Of a stretch of DNA of 64,000 nucleotides, positions 26,953-37,398 are shown piece by piece. The position numbers and the translations under genes are program-made. The notes under the pieces were generated by a model. That model was not told the origin of the DNA. It made no database searches and worked only from the letters and a program-made list of their open reading frames with translations. Source of the stretch: Deltaproteobacteria bacterium (GTDB lineage Bacteria > Desulfobacterota > GWC2-55-46 > JAJCZF01). The first letter of the stretch is position 1; every line of letters starts with the position of its first letter. The DNA is taken from positions 8,395 through 72,394 of the forward strand of contig JAJCZF010000074.1 of the NCBI GenBank assembly GCA_029262535.1. Direction: 5' to 3'.

Positions 26953-28533
26953 ATGGCGGAAAAGTCACAAAAAACGGGAAATGGCGTGGCGGGTCTCTCC
27001 GCGGAGATGGAGGAGGCGGTCTGCAATTTTATTCTCAAAAAGACCGGCATAGTCATTCACGATCACCAACTTCCAAATCTCGCTACCAGTATAGAACGCG
27101 GCGCCAGCCACTTTGGCTTTAAAACTGTAGGTGGTTATGTTCAGGCCCTTGAAGGCTGCGGCAGCGTTTCGCCGGAGTTGGAATTCCTGGTTTCGGCTAT
27201 AACTGTCGGAGAGAGCTACTTCTTCCGCGATTCGGAACAGATAGAGTTTCTACGGGATAAGTGGCTTCCGGAGATTATTGCCAGGAAGCGGGCGAGCGGG
27301 GATAAATCCATACGTATATGGAGCGCGGGTTGTTCCGGCGGTCAGGAGATATATACCCTCGCAATACTGCTTTCGGAGGCCATGGTTGATATCAAGGATT
27401 GGCGTATACACTTGCTCGGGACCGATATCAATACCGAGGCGCTTTCGGAGGGTATAAAGGCGAATTATAGAAAGTGGTCCTTTCGTTCAACTCCTGACAA
27501 GATCAGGGAGAAGTATTTTACGCCCAGCGGGGAGCGTTTTGTTATCAACCCGGACCTTCGGAGGCTTGTAAAGTTCTCTTACCTTAATCTTAGAGACGAT
27601 AGCTACCCGTCGATGCTCTCGGAGACGACATCGATTGATTTGATCCTCTGCAGAAATGTATTTATATATTTCAACAGGGAAGTTATAGAAGAGGTTTTGG
27701 AAAAATTCTCTTTGACCTTGAATGCGGAGGGCGTGCTGCTTCTAGGGGCCTCGGATGTTATAAACTTAACCGTGTCCGGCCTTGTGATGCGCCACTTCAA
27801 GAAAACCTTTTTCTATGAACATGGAATAAAGGAAGAGGCTCCGGAGCCCGCGGCGAAGGTTCCTGTAAAGGTTGAGCAAAAGAGATATCCACACGCGCCT
27901 AAAGATGGGTTGGAACCAAGGTCTAGATCAGGACTTGGGCCAGTGGCGAAACGTTCCGGGCCGGCGGTTGCGCCGCCAGTTAAGAAGCAGGCCACCCCCC
28001 CCGGTGATGACCCGGCCACGACATATCCTGAGTTGATAGAGCTTGACCGTAGCGCGTCTTGGGCGGAGCTTCCCGATGCGGTAGACAGGATAATAAGGCG
28101 TGACGGGGAGACAGAGTTTCTGCTTTGCATGAAGGCCAAGGCCCTTGCTAACAGAGGAGAGCTTAAGAGCGCCCTTAAGGTTTGTAACAGGGCGATAGAG
28201 ACGGACCCCGTCGGTAAACACAGCTACTTTATAAAGGCTATGACTCTGATGGAGCTTGACAGATCCGCGGATGCCATGGAGATGCTTAGAAAGGTCATCT
28301 ATCTGGATCCATACTTTCTGGAGGCGCATTTCCAGATGGGACTTTTACATATAAGGTCCGGTAATATAAAGGCCGGGCTAAAGAGCCTTAATAACGCTCT
28401 CGACCTTGCCAAAAAGGGCGACCCTGAAAGAAAGCTTCACACCGCGCCGGAGATGAATTATGGCAGGCTCGTGGATGTTCTGAAAAATGAGATAAGCATA
28501 TTCGAGGCCCAAAACAATAAGCGGTCTGTCTAA
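26953..28533 (+). CDS. cheR: CheR methyltransferase with C-terminal TPR repeats
   Basis: SAM-binding IRIWSAGCSGGQEIYTLA and LILCRNVFIYF, a Pro/Ala-rich linker, and TPR-like helices at the C-terminus. Confidence 0.85.
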   Translation: MAEKSQKTGNGVAGLSAEMEEAVCNFILKKTGIVIHDHQLPNLATSIERGASHFGFKTVGGYVQALEGCGSVSPELEFLVSAITVGESYFFRDSEQIEFLRDKWLPEIIARKRASGDKSIRIWSAGCSGGQEIYTLAILLSEAMVDIKDWRIHLLGTDINTEALSEGIKANYRKWSFRSTPDKIREKYFTPSGERFVINPDLRRLVKFSYLNLRDDSYPSMLSETTSIDLILCRNVFIYFNREVIEEVLEKFSLTLNAEGVLLLGASDVINLTVSGLVMRHFKKTFFYEHGIKEEAPEPAAKVPVKVEQKRYPHAPKDGLEPRSRSGLGPVAKRSGPAVAPPVKKQATPPGDDPATTYPELIELDRSASWAELPDAVDRIIRRDGETEFLLCMKAKALANRGELKSALKVCNRAIETDPVGKHSYFIKAMTLMELDRSADAMEMLRKVIYLDPYFLEAHFQMGLLHIRSGNIKAGLKSLNNALDLAKKGDPERKLHTAPEMNYGRLVDVLKNEISIFEAQNNKRSV

Positions 28534-28546
28534 AAGGGATCTTACT

Positions 28547-29161
28547 GTGACCGAGAAGGAAAATGATAAAAAGGACGATTCGGTGTCCGGCGGAGCCAGG
28601 GTTTTAACACCAAGCCCGTTTGATAGTTTTACACAGCATGAGCGAGATATATTGCAGGCGCGCGCCCTTCAATATGCGGCGCGCGAGGTTGTCGAAGAGC
28701 GTAGTACTATTCCCTATATCCGTTTTCGTCTTGGCGGCACGGAGCACTACGGTGTGCCTTATGAGATCTCAGATGAGGTCATGCCCTTTACCGGGCTCTC
28801 CGGCGTGCCGGGCACGCCGGACTTTGTAGCAGGTGTGGTGAATCGCAGGGGAAAGCTAACGACAGTTATTGATCTGAAGAGTTTCTTTAAGGTCAGGGGT
28901 GTTGGTAATAGTAACGAAGAGAGCGTGGTTATCGTAAGTAGCGAGGGCCTGACGGTAGGTTTTTTAGTGGATGAGATAATCGGTTACGACGAGTTCGACC
29001 CTGCCGGGTTATCAAAACCGCTCTGCTCGGAAGGGGTCACGGAGATTAAATACGTCCTTGGTATTTACGAGGGAATAGTTACCATGATAGATGTCCTGAA
29101 CCTGCTTGCAGACCCGGCGATATTGGTTGGAAAGCCGGGGCAGGACAGCGCTTGGGGTTAG
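28547..29161 (+). CDS. cheW: CheW-like coupling protein
   Basis: CheW domain (YIRFRLGGTEHYGVPYE..VAGVVNRRGKLTTVIDLKSFF). GTG start. Confidence 0.8.
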   Translation: MTEKENDKKDDSVSGGARVLTPSPFDSFTQHERDILQARALQYAAREVVEERSTIPYIRFRLGGTEHYGVPYEISDEVMPFTGLSGVPGTPDFVAGVVNRRGKLTTVIDLKSFFKVRGVGNSNEESVVIVSSEGLTVGFLVDEIIGYDEFDPAGLSKPLCSEGVTEIKYVLGIYEGIVTMIDVLNLLADPAILVGKPGQDSAWG

Positions 29162-29237
29162 AAGGTTTTTGATAATAGTTTTATATATCTATATATGAAA
29201 AGAGCGCAATATTAAATATTAGAGGAGGAGCCACAAT

Positions 29238-31427
29238 ATGAATTTTCTCGCAAATACGCGGATCAAGAACAAACTTATCATTATGCTTATCATCCCGGTA
29301 GTAGGGCTTTTATACTTCTCGGTTTCGGGTTTTGTGGATAAGCTTCGGGTCGCGGGCGAGATGGATTCGCTCCAGGAGCTATCGGCCCTCTCTGTTAAGG
29401 TAAGCGAGTTTACTCACGAGCTTCAAAAGGAGCGTGGCAGGACCGGCTCTTTTCTTTCAAGCGGCGGCAAGACCTTTGCAAAGGAACTGGAGGCGCAGAG
29501 GGCTCTCACAGATGAGAAGCTGACGAATCTGAACAGTTACCTGGTTGGTTTTGGCAAGTCGGGCTTCGGTGATGAGTTTTCTACGACGCTCAATATCGCC
29601 CTGTCGGCTGTATCGGGCTTAGGGGTTGAGCGCGCCTCCATAAGCCAACTCAAGATTAAGAGCGCTGACGCCATTAACTTTTATTCCGAAATAAACGAAA
29701 GAATGCTCGACGTCATAACCTCCTCAGCCACAATAACTACAAGTACGCGTATTTCCGGTCACCTTTCAGGGTACTATTTTCTCCTGAATAAGAAGAATAA
29801 TCTTGGGCTTGAGAGGGCCATTTTAAGCAAGGTCTTCCTGAACGATAGTTTTACCCCTGAAACGCGTACCGCCTACGATAAAGTCGTAAAGGCGCAGGAA
29901 ATATATATGCGTCAGTTCTTCTCTTACGCGAGCCCTGAACAGAGAGACCTTTTGAGGGATACGCTCAAGGGGCGTGCCGTGGAAGAGACCGCAAGGCTCA
30001 GGGCAATAGCTATTGAAAAGGAATATGTCGGAGGCTTCGGCGTGGACCCCGGCCAGTGGTTTGATACCGTAACGGGTGAGATAGATCTCCTTAAAAATGT
30101 CATAGGAAGTATCTCGCAAGAGCTTGACTCCGATACCGAAGCGATGAGGGCCGCCGCCAATACCGGCCTAATCGTCTTTGCCATAATCATAATAGTCTCC
30201 ATAATAGTCACCTTCGGGCTGGCAATAAATATTACGCGTAATATCTCAAGGCAGGTTCGCGACCTGGTCGAATCGATAACCGACCTTGCGAGGGGCAACC
30301 TTTCAAGACGTGTAAATGTGACGAGCGCCGACGAGATAGGTCAACTCGGCGAGGCCCTTAACGATATGGGGCAGAAGATCGAGGAGAGCGCCGAACGCGA
30401 GCGCCGTCAGGCCGAGCGCGAACGAGACGCGGCCAACCAGCTTAAGCAGGGGGTCGAGATTATACGCGAAGGTGTCGGCAAGATCTCAACCGGTGACCTT
30501 AGGCATCAGTTCAGGATTTCGGGTAATGACGCTCTTTCGGAGCTTTCCGGCCACTTGAATGGAATGTCTGCGAGCCTTGCCGGTATGGCGGCTGAAGTAA
30601 GCGAGGCGAGTGGGGCCTTGAATAGCGCCATAACCGAGGTTCAGAGTTCCGTGACGGCGCAGTCGTCTGGAACCTCCGAGCAGGCGGCTTCAATTAATGA
30701 GACCGTTTCGACGCTCGAAGAGATAAGGGCTACGAGCAAGCAGACGCAAGAAAAGGCCATGACGCTTGGAAGCTCGGCTGAGCGTACGCGAGAAGAAGGC
30801 GTGCGCGGCGCCGGTTCCGTCGAGGATACGGTCGAGGCCATGTTGTCCATACGTGGCAAGGTTGAGTCGATTGCAGAAAATATACTGGCTCTAAGCGAGA
30901 AGACTCAGCAGATAGGCGAGATAACAACGACGGTAAATAACCTGGCGCAGCAGCTTAAGATGCTCGCCCTCAACGCCTCTATCGAGGCCAGCAAGGCAGG
31001 CGAGGCAGGAAAGGGCTTTGCCGTTGTCGCGGCAGAGGTCAGGGAGCTTGCCGAGCAGTCGCACCAGTCCACTCAGCAGGTTCAAAAGATTCTTCAGGAT
31101 ATCCAGAACGCCACTGAAAGGGCCGTCATGGTCACCGAAGAGGGCACCAAGGGTGTTGACGAAGGCGTTTTTCTTGTTGAGCAGACCGGTTCCATCATAT
31201 CGAGCCTCTCCAAGGTTATTAGCGAGAGCGCGATAGCGAGTCAGCAGATAGTGGCGGCCGTAAGGCAGGAGGGCGCGGGCATCGACCAGATAGCCACGGC
31301 GATGACCGACATTAACAAGGCCACCAGCCAGTCGGTTTCGTCCACACAGCAGACGATGGAGGCCGTGCGTAACATGGGCGAGATAGCGGCCAAGTTAAAA
31401 GAGAGCGCCGGGGTCTACAAGGTATAA
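29238..31427 (+). CDS. Methyl-accepting chemotaxis protein with NIT (nitrate/nitrite-sensing-type) domain and HAMP
   Basis: N-terminal TM, a NIT-like region (HELQKERGRTGSFLSSGG), a second TM, HAMP, and the invariant signalling hairpin LALNASIEASKAGEAGKGFAVVAAEVRELAEQS. Confidence 0.85.
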   Translation: MNFLANTRIKNKLIIMLIIPVVGLLYFSVSGFVDKLRVAGEMDSLQELSALSVKVSEFTHELQKERGRTGSFLSSGGKTFAKELEAQRALTDEKLTNLNSYLVGFGKSGFGDEFSTTLNIALSAVSGLGVERASISQLKIKSADAINFYSEINERMLDVITSSATITTSTRISGHLSGYYFLLNKKNNLGLERAILSKVFLNDSFTPETRTAYDKVVKAQEIYMRQFFSYASPEQRDLLRDTLKGRAVEETARLRAIAIEKEYVGGFGVDPGQWFDTVTGEIDLLKNVIGSISQELDSDTEAMRAAANTGLIVFAIIIIVSIIVTFGLAINITRNISRQVRDLVESITDLARGNLSRRVNVTSADEIGQLGEALNDMGQKIEESAERERRQAERERDAANQLKQGVEIIREGVGKISTGDLRHQFRISGNDALSELSGHLNGMSASLAGMAAEVSEASGALNSAITEVQSSVTAQSSGTSEQAASINETVSTLEEIRATSKQTQEKAMTLGSSAERTREEGVRGAGSVEDTVEAMLSIRGKVESIAENILALSEKTQQIGEITTTVNNLAQQLKMLALNASIEASKAGEAGKGFAVVAAEVRELAEQSHQSTQQVQKILQDIQNATERAVMVTEEGTKGVDEGVFLVEQTGSIISSLSKVISESAIASQQIVAAVRQEGAGIDQIATAMTDINKATSQSVSSTQQTMEAVRNMGEIAAKLKESAGVYKV

Positions 31428-31431
31428 GTCC

Positions 31432-33753
31432 GTGGAATTTGATAAAGAGACATTAAAGTTACTGGTCGATACGTTAGAGGGTGAATTAACAGACCAGATA
31501 GAGATCATAACCGACGGCCTTTTAAAGCTTGAAAAGGGTCCTTCGGGAGACGAGCGCCGTTCTTCGCTCGAGGCAATCTTCAGGGCGGCTCATAATATCA
31601 AGGGAGCGGCCCGTGGCGTTGGTGTTTCGACCGTTGCCGAGATATCGCATCACATGGAAACATTTTTTAGCGCCCTTAAACACAAAAATATGAATCCCGA
31701 ACCTGAACATATAGACCTCTGTCTTGAGGCCGTGGACCGTATGACCGAGGCTATGAGCGCCTTTGCGGATGAGACGCCGGACTCTTTTGACGCCAAGGAA
31801 CTATATAACAGGCTCGACCAGGCTATAGCGTCGGGTAGGTCTACAAAGGATCAGGTTTCGAAAGAGGAAACCGCGCCACCCAAAAAAAAAATTAAAGAAA
31901 GAGCTGTAGCCACCCCATCTTCCGTGGCACCTCCCTTGCCGGAACCGGATAGAGTTCAGGCGGGTAAATTAAAAAAAGAAAAAGAGGGCGAGGCGAGGCC
32001 TGCCGCGCATGTTTCAGCGGCTGTTGAGGCCATAAAGGTTACAGTTGATAAGATAGAAAAGATCGGAGCGCTTACCGAAGAGCTCCAATCGGCAAAGATA
32101 GAGAGCGAAGATCACCTGAAGGATCTGAAGGGGGTCGCCATAAACGCCCGCGAGCTTGCGACGAGTTTTTCCATGATCAACCCGGTCGTAAAGGGCGAGA
32201 TGAGAAGGAGACTCTCCCCGGACGCAGTGGCCTTTGTCGATGAGACCATGGAGACGGTGGCGACGCTTAGCGAGAATGCCGCAAGGGTCTCCAAGGCGGT
32301 CGAGAGCGCGGTGAATAGTTTAGGTCTTGTTACGTCGTCACTCGTTAACGATACAAGGATGCTCCGGTTGGTTCCGGCCTCGACATTATTAAATTCGGCG
32401 GGAAGGACGATTCGCGATCTTGCCCGCGAGCTTGGCAAAAAGGTAGATATTGAGATAAACGGCGCCGAGATAGAGATGGACAGGGCGGTGCTCGACGGCC
32501 TTAGGGACCCACTGAATCACCTGCTCAGAAATGCCGTGGATCACGGTATTGAGCCCCCTCTTGAAAGGATTAAGGCCTTTAAGCCTGAGACGGCGAAGGT
32601 GATAATAGATCTTGAGGGCCGGGGCAGCACCATCATATTATTTATAGAAGACGACGGTGGCGGTATCGACGCCGGCAAGATTCGCGCCGCCGCGGTAAAG
32701 AAGGGCGTTACGACTGAGACCGAGGCCGAGCGCCTTAGCGACGAAGAGGTGATAAATTTAATCTTCCGTCCCGGTTTCTCATCAAAGGAGATCGTGACGA
32801 ATATCTCGGGCCGGGGCGTCGGCCTTGATGTGGTTGGCACTAACCTTCACAGGCTCAAGGGCTCGGTCGCCGTAAGCACGGAGTTTGGCTCGTGGACGCG
32901 TTTTACGCTTACGCTACCGTTAACGCTCGTAACCGAACGGGGACTGATGGTGCGCGCCGGGGGCGCGGAGTTTGTTATCCCGACCAACTCGGTAAACAAG
33001 GTGATGGAAATCGGGCCGGACGATATAGTCGATGTGGAGGCGAGCCAGGCGCTCTTGATAGACGGTGTGCCTATCCCCATACGAGGACTTGCGACCGCTC
33101 TTGGGCTCGAAGAGAGAGAGCCTGCTTCCTCAAAAAGGCTACCGGTGGCGGTGCTTTCGGGTGTGCGGGGTTCGGTGGCCTTCCTGGTGGAAGAAGTCGT
33201 CGGCGAGCGCGAGATAGTTATCAAGACGCTTGAACCGCCACTATATTCGGTAAGAAATATAACCGGGGCGACCCTCACGGGTCGCGGTGAGATAATAATG
33301 GTCCTTAACCCGATCGACCTGGTTGAGAACGCCCTTGGCACAGGACTCAGCGACAGGCTCTTTGATGAGCCGGGCGAGGACGAAGAGCAAGAGATAGAGA
33401 TCCTGGCGGTGGACGACTCTGTTACGACCCGGACGCTTCTCAAAAGTGTGCTTGAACATAGCGGTTATACCGTGACCACAGCCGTTAACGGTAAAGAGGC
33501 GTGGGAGATTTTACAGAAGAAAAGATTTGATCTTATAGTTACCGACTTGCAGATGCCAATCATGGACGGCTTTGAGTTTACCGAAAGGGTAAAGACGAAC
33601 GAAAAGTTCAAAGAGGTCCCTGTTATAATGGTTACCTCGCTAACGAGCGAAGAGGATAAAAAACGCGGCATCGAGGTCGGAGCCGACGCATATATTGTAA
33701 AGGCCCAGTTTGAAAGCAGGGCGCTTTTAGAGGTAATAGAGCAGTGGGTATAG
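31432..33753 (+). CDS. cheA: Hybrid CheA histidine kinase with C-terminal receiver (WspE-like)
   Basis: Hpt AHNIKGAARGVG, N-box HLLRNAVDHGIE, G-boxes DDGGGID and GRGVGLDVV, a CheW-like domain, and REC (ILAVDDS, DLIVTDLQMPIMDG). Confidence 0.9.
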   Translation: MEFDKETLKLLVDTLEGELTDQIEIITDGLLKLEKGPSGDERRSSLEAIFRAAHNIKGAARGVGVSTVAEISHHMETFFSALKHKNMNPEPEHIDLCLEAVDRMTEAMSAFADETPDSFDAKELYNRLDQAIASGRSTKDQVSKEETAPPKKKIKERAVATPSSVAPPLPEPDRVQAGKLKKEKEGEARPAAHVSAAVEAIKVTVDKIEKIGALTEELQSAKIESEDHLKDLKGVAINARELATSFSMINPVVKGEMRRRLSPDAVAFVDETMETVATLSENAARVSKAVESAVNSLGLVTSSLVNDTRMLRLVPASTLLNSAGRTIRDLARELGKKVDIEINGAEIEMDRAVLDGLRDPLNHLLRNAVDHGIEPPLERIKAFKPETAKVIIDLEGRGSTIILFIEDDGGGIDAGKIRAAAVKKGVTTETEAERLSDEEVINLIFRPGFSSKEIVTNISGRGVGLDVVGTNLHRLKGSVAVSTEFGSWTRFTLTLPLTLVTERGLMVRAGGAEFVIPTNSVNKVMEIGPDDIVDVEASQALLIDGVPIPIRGLATALGLEEREPASSKRLPVAVLSGVRGSVAFLVEEVVGEREIVIKTLEPPLYSVRNITGATLTGRGEIIMVLNPIDLVENALGTGLSDRLFDEPGEDEEQEIEILAVDDSVTTRTLLKSVLEHSGYTVTTAVNGKEAWEILQKKRFDLIVTDLQMPIMDGFEFTERVKTNEKFKEVPVIMVTSLTSEEDKKRGIEVGADAYIVKAQFESRALLEVIEQWV

Positions 33754-33778
33754 TTCTTCAGGAAGGACATATGAGCAT

Positions 33779-34825
33779 ATGATCAGGATTTTGATAGTAG
33801 AAGATTCGAATGTCGTTGCGTTGCTGTTGAAGGCAATCTTTGAGAAGGCGCCGGATATGGAGGTCATTGGGCGCGCAAGCGACGGGGCAGAGGCCGTGGA
33901 GTTGAATAATACACTCCGTCCCGACCTGATAACCATGGACATTCGAATGCCGCTTATGGACGGTTTCGAGGCCACGCGTAATATTATGGCCGACAGGGCT
34001 ATTCCCATAGTGGTCATAAGCGCAAGCGTGGACGACGAAGAGATGCGTACTACGTTCCGGGCCATAGAGGAGGGCGCTCTCGCCGTCATTGAGAAGCCGC
34101 GCGGGGTGCTTCATGAGGATTTTGATAAGATAAGCACAAACCTCATCGAGACGGTACGCGCCATGAGTGAGGTTAAAGTCGTACGCCGGGTTGCAAGGCA
34201 GACGCAGCAGCAATTTACTCCTCAGTCGAGGCCTGTAAAGCGAAAGGATTTAGCCGCCATCGAGCTGATTGCGATAGGCTCGTCGACCGGCGGTCCGCAG
34301 GCCCTTCAGACCATACTTTCGTCGCTTCCAAGGGATCTTGCCGTACCTATAGCCATTGCGCAGCATATGTCCCAGGGCTTCCTGGGCGGCATGGTGGACT
34401 GGTTAAAACTCAATGCGTTGCTTGATATAAAGGTAGCAGTGGATGGAGAACCGCTAAAGAACGGCGTTGTCTATTTTGCCCCGGAGGATAAGAATCTGAA
34501 CTTTATCCGTTCGGGCGGTTCTATACATGCCTCCGTGATGGAACCAGCGCCAACGGATCGCTTTGTCCCCTCCGCAACGGCGCTAATTAGCTCTGCGACA
34601 GATGTCTGCGGCAGGGGGGCGGTCGGAGTCGTCCTGAGTGGGATGGGCAACGACGGAGCCGAAGGCCTGTTGGAGCTTAAGAGGGCAGGCGGCCATACGA
34701 TCATTCAGGACGAAAAGAGTTCGGTTGTATTTGGAATGCCCGGCTCTGCGTTGGCGCTTGATGCCGTGGAAAAGATTGTCGAACTGCATTTGATGGCGCC
34801 TTACATATCCAGTCTTTTAAGATAG
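33779..34825 (+). CDS. cheB: CheB protein-glutamate methylesterase (REC + esterase)
   Basis: REC (ILIVEDS, DLITMDIRMPLMDG) plus esterase motifs GSSTGGPQAL, QHMSQGF and GMGNDGA. Confidence 0.9.
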   Translation: MIRILIVEDSNVVALLLKAIFEKAPDMEVIGRASDGAEAVELNNTLRPDLITMDIRMPLMDGFEATRNIMADRAIPIVVISASVDDEEMRTTFRAIEEGALAVIEKPRGVLHEDFDKISTNLIETVRAMSEVKVVRRVARQTQQQFTPQSRPVKRKDLAAIELIAIGSSTGGPQALQTILSSLPRDLAVPIAIAQHMSQGFLGGMVDWLKLNALLDIKVAVDGEPLKNGVVYFAPEDKNLNFIRSGGSIHASVMEPAPTDRFVPSATALISSATDVCGRGAVGVVLSGMGNDGAEGLLELKRAGGHTIIQDEKSSVVFGMPGSALALDAVEKIVELHLMAPYISSLLR

Positions 34826-34833
34826 ATCAGAGG

Positions 34834-35268
34834 GTGAGAAGGCTAAATAAAAAGGATGCGGCCTCAATATTTAAGGCCTACAAGAAAGAGTTAGCGGAGC
34901 GTACCACCCGTCTTAATGTCGCACTAAAGGGTGTGGGGCGGGAGGGGCCTGGCGAGGGGCTCTTTGATATTATTCATCAGGAGTTCGACAGCCTCAGCGG
35001 CGCATCAAGGGCAGCGAATCTTACAAGGCTTGAAGAAGTCTCTCGACAGGCAGCTTCTTTTGCCAGACTTTTGAGAAACAAGGTAAAAGAAGGCGTTGAG
35101 GTAGAGAAGGAATTCGCAGTCTTGAGACTTCTTTGTGTGGAGCTCGGGGCGCTTTCTTTAGCCATGGACCACGACGCGGCCCCTGATTGGCCCGCAGAGC
35201 CGGGTGAGAAGCTTGGCAGCGCACTTGTAGAGATAGATCAATACCTTCGAGTGCGTGACCGGGAATAA
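34834..35268 (+). CDS. Hypothetical helical protein, possible Hpt-like phosphotransfer module
   Basis: The 144-aa protein looks helical. IIHQEFDSLSGASRAANL loosely resembles the Hpt HxxKG motif. GTG start. Context is the only other support. Confidence 0.35.
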   Translation: MRRLNKKDAASIFKAYKKELAERTTRLNVALKGVGREGPGEGLFDIIHQEFDSLSGASRAANLTRLEEVSRQAASFARLLRNKVKEGVEVEKEFAVLRLLCVELGALSLAMDHDAAPDWPAEPGEKLGSALVEIDQYLRVRDRE

Positions 35269-35367
35269 ACCTATTGATTTTGTGCTATTATTGTGTGAAA
35301 CTATATTTTGCGAAATACCGTATGGACTATAGTTTTATGGAAATTTTAACCGTTGGAGATATCTTCC

Positions 35368-35721
35368 ATGAGGATCCTCATAGTTGACGATAGCATAACT
35401 TCAAGGTTGCTCTTTAAGGCCAACCTCCCGCCCGGATTGGAAGTCGATCTGGACGAGGCAGGCGCATGCGAAGGGGCCTTGTTGAAGATCGCCGACAATG
35501 AGCCCGATCTAATATTTCTTGACTATAACCTGCCGGGAAAGAACGGTGTAGAGATAGCCCGCGCCATACGGGCTGCCGGGTGCCAGGGCAAGTTCGTACT
35601 GCTTACCGCAAACCTTCAAAACAGCATAGTGGACGAGGCCAAGGAAGTGGGTTTCGTTGCGGTTCTGGAAAAGCCCATTACGCGGGAGAATGTGGAATAT
35701 ATTCTTAGCGAGATAGGTTGA
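35368..35721 (+). CDS. cheY: CheY-like single-domain response regulator
   Basis: MRILIVDDS, DLIFLDYNLPGKNG and EKP. I prefer ATG 35368, with GGAG 9 nt upstream, over TTG 35353. Confidence 0.8.
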   Translation: MRILIVDDSITSRLLFKANLPPGLEVDLDEAGACEGALLKIADNEPDLIFLDYNLPGKNGVEIARAIRAAGCQGKFVLLTANLQNSIVDEAKEVGFVAVLEKPITRENVEYILSEIG

Positions 35722-35722
35722 T

Positions 35723-36322
35723 ATGGAGCTTACCGAAGCACAACTGGACGCCTTAAAAGAGATTGCCAACATAGGCATAAGCAGAGCGGCGACGCAGCTC
35801 TCTCTTCTTTTGAGCGATAAGATAGTGATGAATGTGCCCAATGCGCGTATCACTCTTTTGTCCGAGGCATCTAAAACGCTAAATACCACGGATGAAGATA
35901 TGGCCGTGGTCTATCAGGATCTCTCCGGCGAGCTTGCGGGACGCGCCCACCTGGTTCTTAATACCGAGGAAAGCAAGGTCCTCGTCCATGCCCTTCTCGG
36001 TAATGTGCCAACGCTTAGCGGGGCCGACCTTCTGGCCTACGAACACGAGGCGATGACCGAGATCGGCAACATCGTCATCTCTACCTGTATCTCCACGCTC
36101 GGCAACCTGCTTGACGGCGAGATCTTTCTTACAGTCCCCACTTATTCTGAAAAATCAGCTCTCGATATGTTCGCCGGCGGCGGTAAGGCCAAGGATGTGC
36201 TTATAATGGAGACCGTGCTTAAGGCCACCAATAAGAATGTCGAAGGTATGCTCGTCTTGGTATTAACGCTTGAATCGGCAACGGACCTTCTCGATATGCT
36301 CTCCGGGTTACTTGACAGCTAA
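35723..36322 (+). CDS. cheC: CheC/CheX-family CheY-P phosphatase
   Basis: Two ExxN sites in the typical context: LKEIANIGISRAATQLS and MTEIGNIVISTCISTLG. Confidence 0.7.
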   Translation: MELTEAQLDALKEIANIGISRAATQLSLLLSDKIVMNVPNARITLLSEASKTLNTTDEDMAVVYQDLSGELAGRAHLVLNTEESKVLVHALLGNVPTLSGADLLAYEHEAMTEIGNIVISTCISTLGNLLDGEIFLTVPTYSEKSALDMFAGGGKAKDVLIMETVLKATNKNVEGMLVLVLTLESATDLLDMLSGLLDS

Positions 36323-36380
36323 GCGGCCCTTAAGAAGAGTAAATATAGACTCTGTGCTAAGGTAACTACTGGATTATACT

Positions 36381-37331
36381 ATGGAATCTGAGCTTCCGGT
36401 TAAGGATATTGTCAGCAGGTTGCCCATTGGTGTTTTTGTTCTGGATGTCAATCATAAGATACGGCTCTGGAATAAGTGGCTTGTCGATAAGACATCAATG
36501 GCCGAGCAGGAGGTTTTGGGTAAGACCCTCTCCGAGTTATACGTCGGCCTTAACCACCATCGTTTTACCTGGGCCGTTGATCATGTTATCGCCAACAGAT
36601 CTCCGCAGATCCTGAGCCAGGCCCTTAATAGTTATATCATCCCCATACATGTCGAAACGCACGGTCCGCGTAATATTGAGTTTATGCAGCAGTACGTGCA
36701 GATAGAACCTGTCACCACTCATGGTCACGTGTATGCAGTGGTTAGCGTGGTGGATGTTACCGAGTCCATGGTGCGTTCGTCAGCTCTCGCGGACCTTACT
36801 ACAAAATATCAGCAAGAGTCCATAGTCGACCCTCTTACCGGCCTTTACAACAGGCGTTTTATGTGGGGCTGGCTGGTGCCTCAGCTCAACCTGGCCAGGA
36901 GGGAAGAGGCTTCGCTCGGGTGCATTATTATCGATATCGATCACTTTAAACGCTTAAACGACGACTTTGGCCACGATGTAGGAGACAAGGTCCTCAAGAG
37001 CTTTTCAAGGTTACTGAAGGGCGGGCTCCGCGATTCGGACATTATGGTGCGTTACGGTGGAGAGGAGTTTGTCGTGCTACTTCCGTCCATCGATCTCTCA
37101 GGCGCAAATGGTACCGCTATGAGGCTTATAGAGAGGCTTCGCACCACCGCTTTATCTAACTTTAAGGTAGGCGAGATTTCATGTAGCATGGGTGTCTCCT
37201 CTTTTGATCCTAATGACCCCATAAGCGGCGAAGAACTTATCAAATTTGCCGATAATTGCCTCTACCGGGCCAAGGAGACGGGTCGCAACCGGGTCGTCTC
37301 AATGGCTGATATCGAAAAAGAGTCCGAGTAG
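36381..37331 (+). CDS. PAS-GGDEF diguanylate cyclase
   Basis: N-terminal PAS-like domain, active site RYGGEEF, and an I-site RDSD exactly five residues upstream of GGEEF. Confidence 0.85.
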   Translation: MESELPVKDIVSRLPIGVFVLDVNHKIRLWNKWLVDKTSMAEQEVLGKTLSELYVGLNHHRFTWAVDHVIANRSPQILSQALNSYIIPIHVETHGPRNIEFMQQYVQIEPVTTHGHVYAVVSVVDVTESMVRSSALADLTTKYQQESIVDPLTGLYNRRFMWGWLVPQLNLARREEASLGCIIIDIDHFKRLNDDFGHDVGDKVLKSFSRLLKGGLRDSDIMVRYGGEEFVVLLPSIDLSGANGTAMRLIERLRTTALSNFKVGEISCSMGVSSFDPNDPISGEELIKFADNCLYRAKETGRNRVVSMADIEKESE

Positions 37332-37398
37332 CGCCCGAACACCCTTCCCGGTTCAGTATTTCCAGCCTTCTTATCCAAAAAATCCTTTTGTTTTCTGA

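Noticed and set aside
32847-33443. A 198-aa minus-strand ORF within cheA.
   Set aside because: It is a shadow ORF opposite a CDS with complete CheA domain signatures.
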